Shown here: positions 36,247 through 49,098 of the stretch, piece after piece
Layout: the number at the start of each line of letters is the position of its first letter
How positions within the stretch are numbered: position 1 is the first letter of the stretch
Assembly (NCBI GenBank): GCA_949358305.1
Contig: OX442314.1
Coordinates: 3,968,001 to 4,032,000 of the forward strand
From: Strigamia acuminata
Taxonomy: Eukaryota
DNA: 64,000 nucleotides
Direction of reading: 5' to 3'
Notes under the pieces: model-generated
The model's database searches: none
What the model saw: the letters and a program-made list of their open reading frames with translations, nothing else
What the model was told of the DNA's origin: nothing
Program-made: the position numbers and the translations under genes

Positions 36247-39006
36247 TCACAAGCGATCCCTAACTCTCCTCCAGCTCTCAGCCCGTGGTAAAGTATAATC
36301 AAAACTTAAGGCTGATGCCGGGATGTGAGGTGTCGGGAATAATCGGTTTCCATTGAGAATAGAGCGTGGGTCGCTTTGGTCATTCATGGAGAACCAAACA
36401 TGTTTATTTTTTGGTTTGGATGTTGTTTTGGTCTGTGTACGCCTCGAGTATGTGAGGAATACAACAAGATTTTCACTGTTGTTGTGGGGGGTTGATGTCT
36501 CTATGGTAATGGTCAGTACAAATGGGCTAGCCATCTGAGTTGGAATTGACTTTGGTGCTTTCGTTACTCTGGGTTGATTCTGTGAGTTCCGTGATGAGTC
36601 TTGTTGCTCGCGATTGTCAGTCGATGGTGAAGTTGTTGAGGGCCCAACTGCAACTGGTGAAATGACACACCAGGGATTGGTTGGCTCTTGGCTAGCTGAT
36701 GTGGGTGGCCGAGACAGTCGGTATTTGTCGGCTGTTGCTACATCCTTCCTCGGGAAATTTTCTACCATCAGAATTTGTTGCGTTCCTGTCTCTGACTTGG
36801 CCTTGTTATGTGTCAAACCATAGCAGATGTTGCTGGTCGAGGAGACCATTTGGCCATTACCAGGTCTCAATGACGGAGGTATTCTTATACTTCCTTGATT
36901 AATGGTGGTCCATGCTTCTTTCGCCATCCATTGTAGGAGCGATTGGGTTATCGCCCAGTTGACGTGGGCTATTTGAGCGGGGTCGGTCTGAGTCAAAGCC
37001 AGCTTGGCAGCTGCTGGATCCTCAAACTTAGTCTGGTAAGCCTGCAGTTCTCCCAAGGTGGGATTTGTTGCTTCTCTTCGGTTCCGAGCGCCGAGATCCC
37101 GCTCCTCATACCACATAACGTCGGGGTGTGGTTTTGGCGCCTGAGGTGGCGGTGGAATGGGTGGAGCGCATAGGTCAGGTAGCTGGTATCCGACTGGCGC
37201 ATGAGTCGCCGCTCCTGGTAGCAAGCTGTCAGGGGGCGACCACATGATCAGTGCCGTGGCCTTTACCTCAAGGAGAGGTGGCCACTGCGGTTGGACCTGA
37301 TGGGAGGTTGGCGCGATTGGGACGCTGTTTGCGGACGACTCTGGTCGATTTGCAAAGCATTCACGAAGGGCATGGGTCAGCGTCTCGGCCAGTTCCTTTC
37401 GGGAAATGGGTTTCTCCAGGTTCGGTTCTTCGTCCAATACCATTCGTTCTTCAATGGTCTTGCACCATCCCTCTGGATCTTTCGGTCGGTCGAAGGACGA
37501 CTCGATCACGGGTTTGACCCCTGGTGGGTCGAAAGCTTTGGCGTCGGTCGCCTTCTTCTTTTCGGCTGCCAAGGTTGTCCACAACGTCTTGATCCGTTGT
37601 CGATGACAGAACCTGCGTTTCCGGTTCCGTATGGTGTTGGTCACGACGGTCTGTGAAGCGGTTGTCGTGGTCTTTTGATTCGGGCGATGGACGCCCATAT
37701 GTTTGGAGATTGTCGACGTCTCGTTCGACGATTGCGCGGTCCGCACGAGAAAAGGGGAAGACGTTGCCTTGTCAGTCGCCTGTCTCTCCTGCTCGTCGAC
37801 GTGATCACTCCACAGGTTAGAGGGCTCGGCTTCTTGATTGACCCGCCCTTCGTTGGACGAGGCAGGTAAAACTTCGACTGATCGATGGCCTCCTTGGTGG
37901 ACGACCACTTGAGTTCTTGAGCCGGAACTAATTCTTTGAACTGCCTGACTGGCAGCGGTATCCTTGGTCGCACTGGGCAGTCTTTGAATTTCTTTCCAAA
38001 CTTGGTCGTTAGCTTTGGAGTCCTTGAATGGAAGATCCGTTTCCAAATTGTGAATTCTCTCAAGTATGTCGGAAATCCGTGCAATCAGGGTTTGATTCCA
38101 CTTGCACCCATATCCATATGGTTTGCTCGGGATATTCTTTAATTTGTCCCAGAAATCTTTGAGTATTTTAAAGACAAATTGCATGCCCTTGTCTGATAAT
38201 ACTTTTTTCATGAATTTGAATCTCCGTGCTGTGTCGCTTAAATTCTCTGTGCTCTCCTCGGCAAAGCGTTTGGCCAGGGCGCCGATCTTAATCCGCCCAG
38301 TGGCAACATCTTCGGGATATTGTCCAATGAGAAAAGAAGTGTTTTTTCTCATCTTCGGCCAACACGCTAGTTTTCTGGCTCGGTAATGGGTCTGCGCCCT
38401 GTCTGGATGGCTGGCAAGCGGGAGCTCGTGTAACGAACAGAGAATTTGTTTCTTCAGAGTTGACTGCACTGCTATCATTCTAGTGCTGTCTGGCTCACTC
38501 CAATTGTCCTTGAAGTTTGGACATAGTTTGTCTTGCTCATAATCTGTTTTTAATGCTCCTCTCTCCATTTTTGGCCTTTCTTGATTTTCTTCCAAAATTA
38601 TTGTTGCTTTCTTTATCTCCTCCCCTCCCAAGATGTCTTCGTCTAACTGATTCGCTCTCTTGAGCTCTGAGAAGGAGCGGTTAGCCACAAACTCTTTATT
38701 GTGGTACCTCATAGTAAGATCGGGCGGTCGGCGCTTCATTGCAAATGGTTCACAATTGGCCGCTTGACTCTGCGCCGGTCGGTTCCTTTTTTCTCTTGTC
38801 TTTTTTCGTTTCTCTTTTTGGTTTTTCTTTCTGATGGGTTTAGTAACTTGAGGAGTTTGTAACGTCCCAACTGGAGGTGGTTGAGCCCTTTTTTCTAGCT
38901 GTTTTTGTTTCACCGTTGCTCTGGTTTTTATCGGGCTGCGTGCAGAGGCCCCAATTTGACGGTCAACTTTGGGATTATGCGACGTGTTTGATTTGGTTAG
39001 GCTCAT
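36247..39006 (-). CDS. ORF2 of the outer LTR element, 919 aa, with a vestigial integrase-like segment and long disordered tails
   Basis: ILCSLHELPLASHP..ACWPKMRKN resembles the integrase HHCC region with the CC pair lost. VLSDKGMQF resembles the second-Asp motif. No RT motif. Confidence 0.75.
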   Translation of the reverse strand: MSLTKSNTSHNPKVDRQIGASARSPIKTRATVKQKQLEKRAQPPPVGTLQTPQVTKPIRKKNQKEKRKKTREKRNRPAQSQAANCEPFAMKRRPPDLTMRYHNKEFVANRSFSELKRANQLDEDILGGEEIKKATIILEENQERPKMERGALKTDYEQDKLCPNFKDNWSEPDSTRMIAVQSTLKKQILCSLHELPLASHPDRAQTHYRARKLACWPKMRKNTSFLIGQYPEDVATGRIKIGALAKRFAEESTENLSDTARRFKFMKKVLSDKGMQFVFKILKDFWDKLKNIPSKPYGYGCKWNQTLIARISDILERIHNLETDLPFKDSKANDQVWKEIQRLPSATKDTAASQAVQRISSGSRTQVVVHQGGHRSVEVLPASSNEGRVNQEAEPSNLWSDHVDEQERQATDKATSSPFLVRTAQSSNETSTISKHMGVHRPNQKTTTTASQTVVTNTIRNRKRRFCHRQRIKTLWTTLAAEKKKATDAKAFDPPGVKPVIESSFDRPKDPEGWCKTIEERMVLDEEPNLEKPISRKELAETLTHALRECFANRPESSANSVPIAPTSHQVQPQWPPLLEVKATALIMWSPPDSLLPGAATHAPVGYQLPDLCAPPIPPPPQAPKPHPDVMWYEERDLGARNRREATNPTLGELQAYQTKFEDPAAAKLALTQTDPAQIAHVNWAITQSLLQWMAKEAWTTINQGSIRIPPSLRPGNGQMVSSTSNICYGLTHNKAKSETGTQQILMVENFPRKDVATADKYRLSRPPTSASQEPTNPWCVISPVAVGPSTTSPSTDNREQQDSSRNSQNQPRVTKAPKSIPTQMASPFVLTITIETSTPHNNSENLVVFLTYSRRTQTKTTSKPKNKHVWFSMNDQSDPRSILNGNRLFPTPHIPASALSFDYTLPRAESWRRVRDRL

Positions 39007-42000
39007 GAACGCAGTGTTTTAGTTTTTTCCTTTCATTCAGACAGAGGGTGCATTTATATTTGTTCATTGGGGATAACAATCGATTCCATTGTCTGTCTTC
39101 TCGCTCAGGATGATGTTCGTCGCATTTCTGTTTGGCATGGTGAGGATGATGTAATATACCGAAATCACGAGGCAGTGAACTCCATGATGGTTGCAAAGTT
39201 GACAAGTTTTAATCTCGAACACAGATACATAATCTCAATACAAGAACACTAGATGGCGTTACAATCAATATACTCCAACTCTTCCCCCTCAGACAAACAC
39301 TTAATCCCTAATAAAATCTCTGAGATGAGCTGGGGGACGACGAACACGAGTTGATCGCCTAGGTGCAACTACAGGATCATTTCCAGCATCCTGTTCAACC
39401 CCAGAACTCTCATTACCAGAACCAACAACACAATTTCCATTCCCAGGTTCCCAGTCCTCCTCAACTTGAAAAGAACTAGAACCATTCAAAGATTGTACAA
39501 CTCGGCCACGCAATTGATCAGCATGACGCTTCCAAAATACCCCATTATGCAATTGAACTAAATAAGTTACAGGTGATAACAACTTAAATATTTTTCCCGC
39601 AATCCATCGACTACTACTTCTGTAGTCTCTGGCATAAATCAAATCATCAATCGAAAACTTCCTACGCACCACTGGAGTGGACAACTCGTCCTCTCGCCTA
39701 GGTCGCAATAAATGTAACCTCGTACGCATCTCCTTCTCCCTGAATAACGCATCTGGAGTCACCAAAGTAGTACAATGAGGAGTGGTACGATAACTAGACA
39801 AAAACTGGCGCAACGCACGCTTAATGTTTCCATGCTCAGCCATAAACTTCTTCATTCCTGTCTTGAAAGTACCAACAAACCCTTCCACAGCCCCATTCGT
39901 CGCTGGATGGTAAGGTGGCGAACGGGACTGACGCACCCCATTCATTGCCAAAAATTGAACAAACTCCTCGCTTGTGAACTGTGGTCCACAGTCTGAATGT
40001 ACATGCAAAGGTAGACCATGCCTAGAAAACCATTCCTCAAATACCTCAATCGTGTCACGTGCTGTCGTACCCTTCATCATAACAATTTCCGGCCATTTGG
40101 ATTTTGCATCCACACACAAAATAAACATGTGACCAAAGAAGGGCCCAGCGAAGTCTACATGAATTCGCCCCCATGCCTCTGCAGGCGTTGGCCATGCTAC
40201 ATTACGCTCACGAGCCGGGGCCGGTAAATTGATTTGACACAATTCACACTCCCTGACCATTCGCTCAATATCTGAATCCATGCGGGGCCACCAGCAAATT
40301 GACCTGGCCAATAATTTCATTTTGACCACCCCCGGATGTCCAGAATGTAACTCTGTCAAAATACTGCTCTGTAGCACCTTAGGTACAACAACCCTGTCAT
40401 TGTAAAACAAACAATCGTCCTCTACTGATAACTGCTTCCTAACCCGATGCCAAGGCGCAAGATCCACTTCAATAGTTCCCGAGGGCCACCCCTCACGCAC
40501 TAAAAGCAAAACTCTAGCTAAAATAGAATCCTCCAAAGTCCGTTTCCTAACTACAACCGCAGAAATAGGCATCGATTCTAATTGTGCACGGAAAACGGCA
40601 TGTAACGGAATGTCGGAGTCATCAAAATCAACATTATTAATCGCTAGCCGTGACAACCCATCCGCTACCACATTACTCTTGCCAGCAATGTGCCTAATCT
40701 GAAAATTATACGCATTTAAAAATACGCACCAGCGTTGCAATCTAGCCGCCACAATTTCATTGCATCCGCGCTTATCCCCAAGAATTAAAACTAAAGGCTT
40801 GTGGTCGGTTTCCAAAATAAAATTGTGCCCATACAAATAATGGTGGAATTTCTTAACTCCAAAGATTATTGCAAACCCCTCACGATCTGTCTGCGAATAA
40901 TTGCGCTGAGCCGCATTCAAAAGACCACTCGCAACGGCAACTGTTTGTTTCCGACCCAATTCATCCTCTTGGGATAACTGCGCGCCTACTCCAAAAGGAG
41001 ATGCATCCACGGTCAAAACCGTTTGCTTTGACGGGTCAAAATGTACCAAAAATGTGGCACTAGCCAATAATTTCCTCACCCCGTCAATAGCTTGTTCCTG
41101 TTGCTTGCCCCAACGCCACACCACCCCTTGTCGCAACAAATAATAAAGTGGTTCCAAAACAGTGGCTAAGTTCGGCAAAAACCGAGCATAATAATTTATC
41201 ATGCCAATGTACGTATGCAATTCACCTGCATTCTTCGGTGTAGCTGCCTTAACCAGACCATCAATGCGTGCTGGAATCGGCGCATATCCATCCTTTGAAA
41301 ACACATGACCCAAAAATTTAACCTTATCTTGAAAAAATTTGCATTTCCTTGCATTCAACCGCAAATTTTTTTCCTCAAAAATTGTGAGCAAATGATCAAC
41401 TACCTTGAGATGCTCAGGAACTGAGCGACCAGTGGCACACACATCATCCAAAAAAGGTTGGGTCTTCACAACTGGTTTGACCAACTGTTCCATTGACTGT
41501 TGAAACAATGCGGGCGCACACGAAACCCCATAAAACAATCTTTTCACCAAAAATAAACCCTTATGCGTATTGATAACCATAACCTCCTGTGACTCCTGAT
41601 CAAGTTCCCACTGATTATACGCATCCGAAAAATCAAAAGTTGAAAAATACTCACCATCCGCCAGTGTGCTTGTGATTTGCTCAAAACGTGGAAGTGGGTA
41701 AACCACTTTAGGCAGTGCCTTGTTCACTGTTAAATTATACAGTCCCGCCAATTTAACTGTTCCATCGGATTTTTCCACTGGAGTGACCGGTGTAGCCCAC
41801 CGGGCATGCTGAACCGGTTCCAGAACCCCTGCTTCAACAAGACGATCAATCTCAGCCTCCATTTTAGCTCGTAAGGCTAGTGGCGGGTTACGTGCTGGCA
41901 GAAAAATTGGTTGAAAATTTTTGTCAACAGGTATGTGCAATTGTACCCCCTTACACTGACCAATACCCCCACTAAAAACAGTCTTATGACTTGCCAAAAT

Positions 42001-45000
42001 TTCCTCAAGTTGTACTTTTGCACTAGCTAAATCAAGTGGTGGAGAAGGCAAAACCCCATCAACTGCATTCACTTGTTTGGGCTCACTAACTAAACCCCTC
42101 AACAACATGCAATTGGACAGAGTAATGGGCACCCTGAAAAAACACTGATACCCCAAATACCCCCAAAAGTGATAACAATTCACCAGTGAACGCACGCAGG
42201 CGAACTGGAGAAGCATTTAACTTAAATTTAGAAAAATGAGTATTAAAACATTGTTCATCAATTAATGTGAGTGAAGATCCACTGTCAACTTCCATGGCTA
42301 AATTGACTCCTTCAATGTTCACGTCAACAAATACAGGATCCACGATGGTGTCACGCACGTGGCAAACACGGTGGAATGGCACAAAAATATCATCATCAAC
42401 ACGCACGGAATTCGCTGCAGGCTGCTTGCCCGATGATGCTCCACCTCTGTCCCTGCTTGGCTGATTGAGCTGATGAGATGTTGACCGCACATGGCAAAAT
42501 TTGCGAATATGTCCTTTCTGACCACAGTTGTGGCAATCAGAATCCTTAAATCTGCATTTATCACGAAAATGATCTGGTGAACCACACGCATAGCATCTGC
42601 GTTGCTTATTTCCATCAGATTTTTGGCCAGATGAGTGATCCTGAGAATTTGAAAATTTCTTTTTAAAATCAGTTTTACCTTTTTTATAAAACCCCGATTT
42701 ATTGTCCTGAATTTTGTGCACAGTATTGTCCTTATTTTCAGTCTTAGAATGAAACTTCTGCACTTCCTTTGATGCCGTGTCCATGCTGAGCGCAGTCTCA
42801 GTTGCTTTTTGAAATGTGAGTCCCTTCACCGTCAACAGATGGCGCTGCACGTTTTCAAATCTCAATCCGTTAATAAATTGATCGCGTAAATAATCATTCA
42901 ATTGTTGTCCAAATTCGCAAAATTCTGCAGCTGCTTTCAACTTGATAACAAATGCACTTACTGATTCAGTGTCCAATTGAGTAGTTCTAAAGAATCTAAA
43001 CCTCTCAGCAGCAACCATTGGTTTCGGTTTCTGGTGGTCATGCATTAATGTAACCAAGTCATCATAAGTCTTGGTTTTTGGCAAATCAGGTGCACATAAA
43101 TCCCTCAGCATTTTGTAGCCATGTGATCCAATTGTTCCCAATAAAATAGCCACTTTCTTGTCTTCAATTGCATTCAGTTCAAAAAGTTGCTCCAATTGCT
43201 CCACATACATGTCCCAGTCTGAGTTGACATCATACTCAGATAACTGTCCAATGAATTGAGCCATGGTTGATCCAAATTGAAATAAATTGTCCAAAATGCA
43301 CCTTTCACACACAAAATTTTGACCTCGTCGCCAATTGTAATATACCGAAATCACGAGGCAGTGAACTCCATGATGGTTGCAAAGTTGACAAGTTTTAATC
43401 TCGAACACAGATACATAATCTCAATACAAGAACACTAGATGGCGTTACAATCAATATACTCCAGATGATGTGTTTTATCATTTTCAGAAGTGCTTTCTTC
43501 TGCTTCCTCCCTCTCCGAAATCGCTTGCTCCGGTTGTTCTGGAGTTGTGGCGGGTTGAGATTCAGCGTTGAAAAATTCGTCCTCACTTCCTGCCGTCCCG
43601 TCAGTTTCGTCAATTTTTTGGAATGTGTCGACCCCGCTGCCACCTTGGCCGCTGTGAGTATGACCTGCCCATATTTCTTGGCGAAATTCTGGCGAGTATG
43701 GCTTCAATTCCCAGCCTTTTCGGTTTATACCGATACATTCTCGTTCATCTGTTGTACGACTCGCGTCAATTTGCATTTGTTGCTCCACGATATCATCCAA
43801 ACTGGTTAAATAAGTGTTCGTGCTCGAGATGTTCATATGTCGACGTGCTTGGCTGGTGCTTGTATTTCTTGTACCATCTCCTTCATCAAATTGGTTTGAG
43901 TTATTTTGTTTAATTAAATCTTTAATTTTTTCCATTGGTTCTAATATTGCTTGCCCTGCCTTATTTTTTTGTCCATGCTCATCACTAATATTCATGATTG
44001 GCAGTGGAGACAGTGTAGAAGCTCGTACATCGTTTAGCGTTTTGTTTTCGTCTTGGTCGCAGTTCACTCCTCCCGAAAAAGAAAAGACTGTTTTTGTTAA
44101 ATTCTTTTTCTGTACAGTCTTGCCGTCTGATGCTTTCGTTAACAGCTTGGTCAGGTGGCCGACCTCGCTCGTTACTTCGGTGTGGCTTGGATATGATGGA
44201 AGCGTTGCTTTTCTGTCTCGAGCTTTTTTCTTTGGCTTGTGTTTATAATTTTCAAATTCAGACTCGAGGCAACTTAGTAGTGTTTTAGTTCTACTCGATG
44301 CTTCCCTTCTGTTGTCCTTTGTTGTTTGCAGTGTTGTGCTCGCTATTCAAATTTCGCTATCGCTACTCTAGCGAAGCTATCGCTACTTTAGCGAAATTCA
44401 AAATCGCTAGTTAATTTGAAACTAGCGATTTTTTAAGCGACGCTACTGTAGAATGGTTTACCAGCGAGAAAATCAGCGAAAATTTCGCTGAATTTCTCGC
44501 TAATCAAGACGTTTTTACGACGTTTGCAAACAAAACGAAAATAAACGTCTAAACGTCTATGTAACATAAAAACGTACGAACTGCGAATCAGTAGATCACC
44601 TTCACATACATAAACATTCGTCCATCGCCATTTGCATCATTCATTCCAATTATTCGTCCTTCGTCATTTGCATCATTCGTAATTTTCGTAATTTTTCATT
44701 CGTAATTTTCGTAATTTTTCATTCGTAATTTTCGTAATTTTTCATTCGTTGTTTCGTGATTTTGATTTAGTTTTTCAATAATGTCAAATCTGGAAGAATC
44801 TGCTGAATCTTTGTTGATACCTAAAGTAAATTTAGGTCCTTTGGCTGAATTTTTTGGGTATGATGTCAAAGGAAATGACAGTAACAAAAATTTTGCTGCT
44901 ACGAAAACAATTAGATATATCTGTAAACTGTGTAAAAAGTCAATTTCTGCTACATTTAATAGTAATTATAATTTATTAATTCACTTAGAAAAGTGTCATC

Positions 45001-48000
45001 AACCTCATTATGTAGAATGTAAGAAAAAAATAGACGAAATTAAGCTGAAGAAGAAAGGATTGAAACGTTCTGTAATCGATTTGAATGTTTCAACAACCAA
45101 GAAACCAAAACAAACCACATTAACTGGCCATCGGTGTACAAAATCAATTTCGGAAGACAAATCGAAGCAATGGATTATCGAATATATTATAGAGGAAATG
45201 AAACCCATTTCTATTGTTGAGCGATCTGGTTTTAAGAAACTTATTCAGCGCTATTCCCAGACAGAATCGGTTTATATTCCGGGCAGGAAAGTTGTAACAC
45301 GACTTATATCTGAGAAATTTAATGACCTCTTAGCAAAGCTTAAATGTATTTTTGATTCGATGGATTTTGTTTGTTGTACCGCTGATATTTGGAGTCATCA
45401 AAATCGTAGTTATCTCGGTGTTACCACACATTGGATCGATCCAATGTGTTTAGAACGCAGATCAGCAACAATAGCGTGCACTCGAATGTTTGGAAGTCAT
45501 ACGTACGACGTTATAGGCTATGAATTAGAAGGTGTTTTTGAGAAATTTGGTATCCAATCGAAAATTACTTTTGCTATCACTGATAACGGTAGTAACTTTG
45601 TTAAGTCATTCAATGAATTTGCAAACGAATTTGAATTTGAAATTGGATCAAAAAATGCCAACTTGCAGGATTCGGGATCGGAATGTGATTCAAGTTCGGA
45701 ATGCAGTGATAACGAGGATGGGGACGTACAGCAGATTAATATTACTACTGTTTTGGATAATGTGAATGAAGAAACATCGATGTGTCAATTACCACGCCAT
45801 TTACGCTGCGCTGCACACACGTTGAATCTGGTGGCAACGACAGATGCTGGAAAAGCTCTGAATTCTTGTGCAGTTTACAAAAAATTGTTTCGGTCCGCTT
45901 TGGGCAAAGCCACAGCGTTGTGGAACAAGTTTTCGCGAAGTACAAAGTGTGCTGATTTTATTAGAACTGTTACAAATCAAGCCTTGATTGTGCCGTGCGA
46001 TACTAGGTGGAATTCGTGGTTTTATGCCATTCAAAAAGTCAGAAAAATTCCCCAACCCCAGCTATCTGAAGTGTGCACTGAAATCAAAGTTCCTCAATTT
46101 TCTCTAAAAGAGTTGGACATGCTTGATGAATACCTAAAAGTAATGGGTTGTATTGCCGAAGCTTTGAATATATATTACAAGGCGAAAACCATTGTTTTTT
46201 AGGTTTATTGTTACCTACGATTGTAACAATTAAAGATTTTCTGGTGTCAGCAACACCCTCGCTTGTTTATGTAAAGCCATTAGTGACTGCTTTGCTGAAT
46301 GGTTTAGAAAATCGCTTTGGTAAGTATTTTGACCAAGATGAATTCTTATTAGCTTCTATAAGTCACCCGTTATTCAAATTAGACTGGTTGCAATCGTCTT
46401 CAAAACGGTCTGAAGCAAAACAGCTTTTTGAAGTGGAAGTTTTAAAGTATCAACATCTTTACACTGAGGTTGAAGCTGGAAGTAATGCGCCAGAAGATGG
46501 AGGTTTACCTGAATTAGAACACAATGGTTTTTTCCGAAAATTCACCAATGTTAGATCTATATCCAGTGCAAATTGTGCTAGAACTGAAATGGATCAGTAC
46601 TTAGCTGACCCAGGGATTAAAGTAGACATCTTGCATAAGTATCGAATCATTAAAGCAATTTTTCTACGGTTTAATACTGCTCTAACATCCAGTGCTCCTG
46701 TTGAGAGAATTTTTAGCAGTGGAAAATTAATTCGCACAGCAACTAGAAATCGTTTGAATGATAAAACCTTTGAAATGTTGCTACTTTTAAACAAAAATTC
46801 ATCTTTGTAATAAAATATATTCAATTAAATTCATACATAATTTTTATTACATGTTTGTAACAGAAAAAAAGAAACAAGATATACAAGAAAGAAAAATTAT
46901 TATCCTTCTTGAATAGTTAGCGAAAAACTAGCGAAAGATTAGCGAAAAAATAGCTAAAATTAGCGATTTTTTAGCTAATTGGTACCAGTTAGCGATAGCG
47001 ACAATTAGCGAAATGTAAATTCTGGAGGAAAAGCGAAACTTTAGCGAAGCTATTCAAGTTGGTTAGCGATCCCAACACTGGTTGTTTGCTCGTTGACATG
47101 CGGCTTGGGATTGGTTACGAAATCCTTTTTCTTTTGTGAGCGAAGATGACAGCTCCGGGAAGATCGGTTTGAGGTGCTCGTGGGGTCAAGTCGGCGCTGG
47201 TCGCCGTCCCTGCCCGTTCGATTCCCCCTTGTGGACGACCGAGTTGGGTGGTCGTCGTCTGACGAGTCGGAGGGGTCGGAGGGGTCGCCATGGGGGCGAT
47301 TCTCCGCTCCTCTAGGTGGAACTTCATCGCCATCTTGTGGCTTTTTCGGGCTTCCGGATGGCGGCGGCTCCTTTCCGTCGCTGCTCCCACAAAAAGAATG
47401 CCATTTAGTTTCTTCATTCTCTGGGCCTTTGCAGTCCTTATTTGTATTCTCCCTATCGAGTGAAGCGTTAGTGGTTGCTCCAGTTTCGGATCCCTTCGAG
47501 GGGTGACGGTCCCTTGATTTCGGTTCCGGTCGGTCGTCCTCTTGGGATCTTCCTAATTTTGCCGCTTTCGTCGGCTTTGTTCTGCGCTTTCTTGTTTCCG
47601 TGTCAGAGCCACAGGGGGGCTCTTGATTTATTTTTTGGTCTTCCTCTCTTTTATTTCTCTCCGAAATGTCTTGTTCGTATTTTCTTTGGAATTTCTCTGT
47701 TTCTTTTTTCCAATTCTCGGCTTCCCATCTTTTCTGTTCATCAATTATAGCTTGTTTTTTAGCTTCATATTCTTCAGTCCATCTTTCTCGCTCCCATTCT
47801 TCCTGCTCTCTCAGGAATTGTTCTTTTTCCTTTCTAGCCTTTTCAGCTTTCATTCTTTCATGGTATTGTTCTTCCCACTTTTGGTGCTGAATTATGGCTT
47901 CTTCTCGTAATTTTTGCAGCTTTTCCATTTTATGTTGCGCCAGGAGTTCTCGGAATTGGTCCTTGTAGTCTTGGACTTTTTTATGCTTTCCTTCTACGGT

Positions 48001-49017
48001 GACGTTCCATTCTTGCTTTATCTCGGCTTCCTGGTCTCCTCTCATTTTTTGTATCATCTTTTCCGTTTGCTCGGCTGTCCTTTTGTCGCGATGTTGTTTT
48101 TCTTCTTCTTCCTTCCAAAGTTCTTTTCTTTCTGCGCTCAGTCTTCGTTGCCGATTTATTGTTTCCAATCTCGCTTCTTCTCGAGCCTTTTCGCGAGCTT
48201 TGTGAAAGGCTTTATGGGGGTCAGGTACGAAACCTCCTGTGTCACTGGGCATTTCTTGTGTCATGGGCGTCTCCGCTACCAGTCTTGCGACTGGCGTCGG
48301 GGCCTGTGTCACGCAAATAGCCTCAGTAAGTATCGTAATCGACTCCCAGGCTGAAGTTCCAAACGGAATGTTTGTTGCGACTTTTAGTTGAGCCGCTTGT
48401 TGCGATAAATAGATCAAATGGGCGACTTCCGGAGAAACTGGGGCAGGTCTCGCCGGGCCTCGGGAGGCCATCGGGGTCCTGTTCGTGTTCCGTACCGGAG
48501 TTTGGTTTATGGCGGCAGATGTTTGGTACGTTGGTGGCAATGGGTTGGTGCTGACTGTGTTTGTTTGCTTTGGAGTTTTCGTGGTCTCCTCGGCCACTAG
48601 TATTGGTACTCGTCCTGTTGTTGTATTGCGAATTTCTTTTTGATTCTTTAGGACTTCTGTATCGGTATCTTTGGTGGAGGGCATATTCAAGGAGAGCGGC
48701 TCCCGCTCGGGCTCGGTTAGGGCCTCGAGCAAAGCTGCTTCTTCCTCTTTCTGCGCCTTCGCCTTTCTTCGATTCGCTCGGGCTTTCGCCTTCGCGGATG
48801 GTTCGGGGTTGGGGCCGCCCGACTGTAGATGGTAATCGGAGGCCCTTTTCCCTTTTTCGAGCATAGGTTGCTCGGTTTCAGATGTGGAGTGTTCGTCTTT
48901 GTCTGACTTTTCGAGCAAAGGTTGCTCGGTATCAAACGCAGATCGTTCGTCTTTGTTTGACTTTTCGGGCAAAGGTTGCTCGGTTTTAGACGTGGATTGT
49001 TCACCTTTGTCTGACAT
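38975..49017 (-). CDS. ORF1 of the outer LTR element, reconstructed 987 aa (49017-47081 + 44320-43464 + 39144-38975), in gag position, coiled-coil and disordered; now interrupted by two insertions
   Basis: Removing each insert plus one TSD copy joins the three pieces in frame with no stop (2964 nt). N-terminal 18-aa repeats (TEQP..EKS.KDE) and a GDPSDPSDSSDDD tract. Confidence 0.8.
39301..42100 (-). CDS. pol: Pol (RT, RNase H, integrase) of the nested Gypsy
   Basis: FLDD RT motif, RNase H VDASPFGVGA/NYSQTDRE/TDHKPL, integrase H..H..C..C, HVDFAGP and HSDCGPQF. Confidence 0.9.
42086..43264 (-). CDS. gag: Gag and truncated protease of the nested Gypsy; out of frame with pol
   Basis: LRDQFINGL, two CCHC knuckles and EVDSGS protease motif; the LLGRDW motif is missing at the frame break. 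Confidence 0.88.
   Translation of the reverse strand: MAQFIGQLSEYDVNSDWDMYVEQLEQLFELNAIEDKKVAILLGTIGSHGYKMLRDLCAPDLPKTKTYDDLVTLMHDHQKPKPMVAAERFRFFRTTQLDTESVSAFVIKLKAAAEFCEFGQQLNDYLRDQFINGLRFENVQRHLLTVKGLTFQKATETALSMDTASKEVQKFHSKTENKDNTVHKIQDNKSGFYKKGKTDFKKKFSNSQDHSSGQKSDGNKQRRCYACGSPDHFRDKCRFKDSDCHNCGQKGHIRKFCHVRSTSHQLNQPSRDRGGASSGKQPAANSVRVDDDIFVPFHRVCHVRDTIVDPVFVDVNIEGVNLAMEVDSGSSLTLIDEQCFNTHFSKFKLNASPVRLRAFTGELLSLLGVFGVSVFFQGAHYSVQLHVVEGFS
44329..47080 (+). mobile_element. hAT DNA transposon nested in the outer element
   Basis: Imperfect TIR CAGTGTTG..TCGCTA, 8-bp TSD GTTGTTTG (44321-44328 and 47081-47088), and subterminal TAGCGA/TCGCTA motifs. Confidence 0.95.
44781..46810 (+). pseudogene. 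hAT transposase with BED finger, frameshifted near 46170
   Basis: CKLC..H..H, TADIWS, TDNGSN, CAAH, TRWNS and SSAPVERIFS motifs. An extra TA in ATATAT breaks ALNILQGE into two ORFs. Confidence 0.88.
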
Positions 49018-49098
49018 AATTTTCACCTGGGCAATTTTATCAAGAGAGATCACAAGTTCAGATGAGATTTATTTCTAAATCCCGGACAGGCCCCCACG

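Larger units (their letters stand above)
39150..43463 (-). mobile_element. Ty3/Gypsy (Mag-like) LTR retrotransposon nested in the outer element
   Basis: Identical 128-bp LTRs (39150-39277 and 43336-43463), 5-bp TSD GATGA, PBS TGGCGACGAGG and PPT GAGGGGGAAG. Confidence 0.95.

Noticed and set aside
36247..39006. ORF2 as a retroviral env gene
   Set aside because: No signal peptide or TM anchor seen; it contains integrase remnants instead
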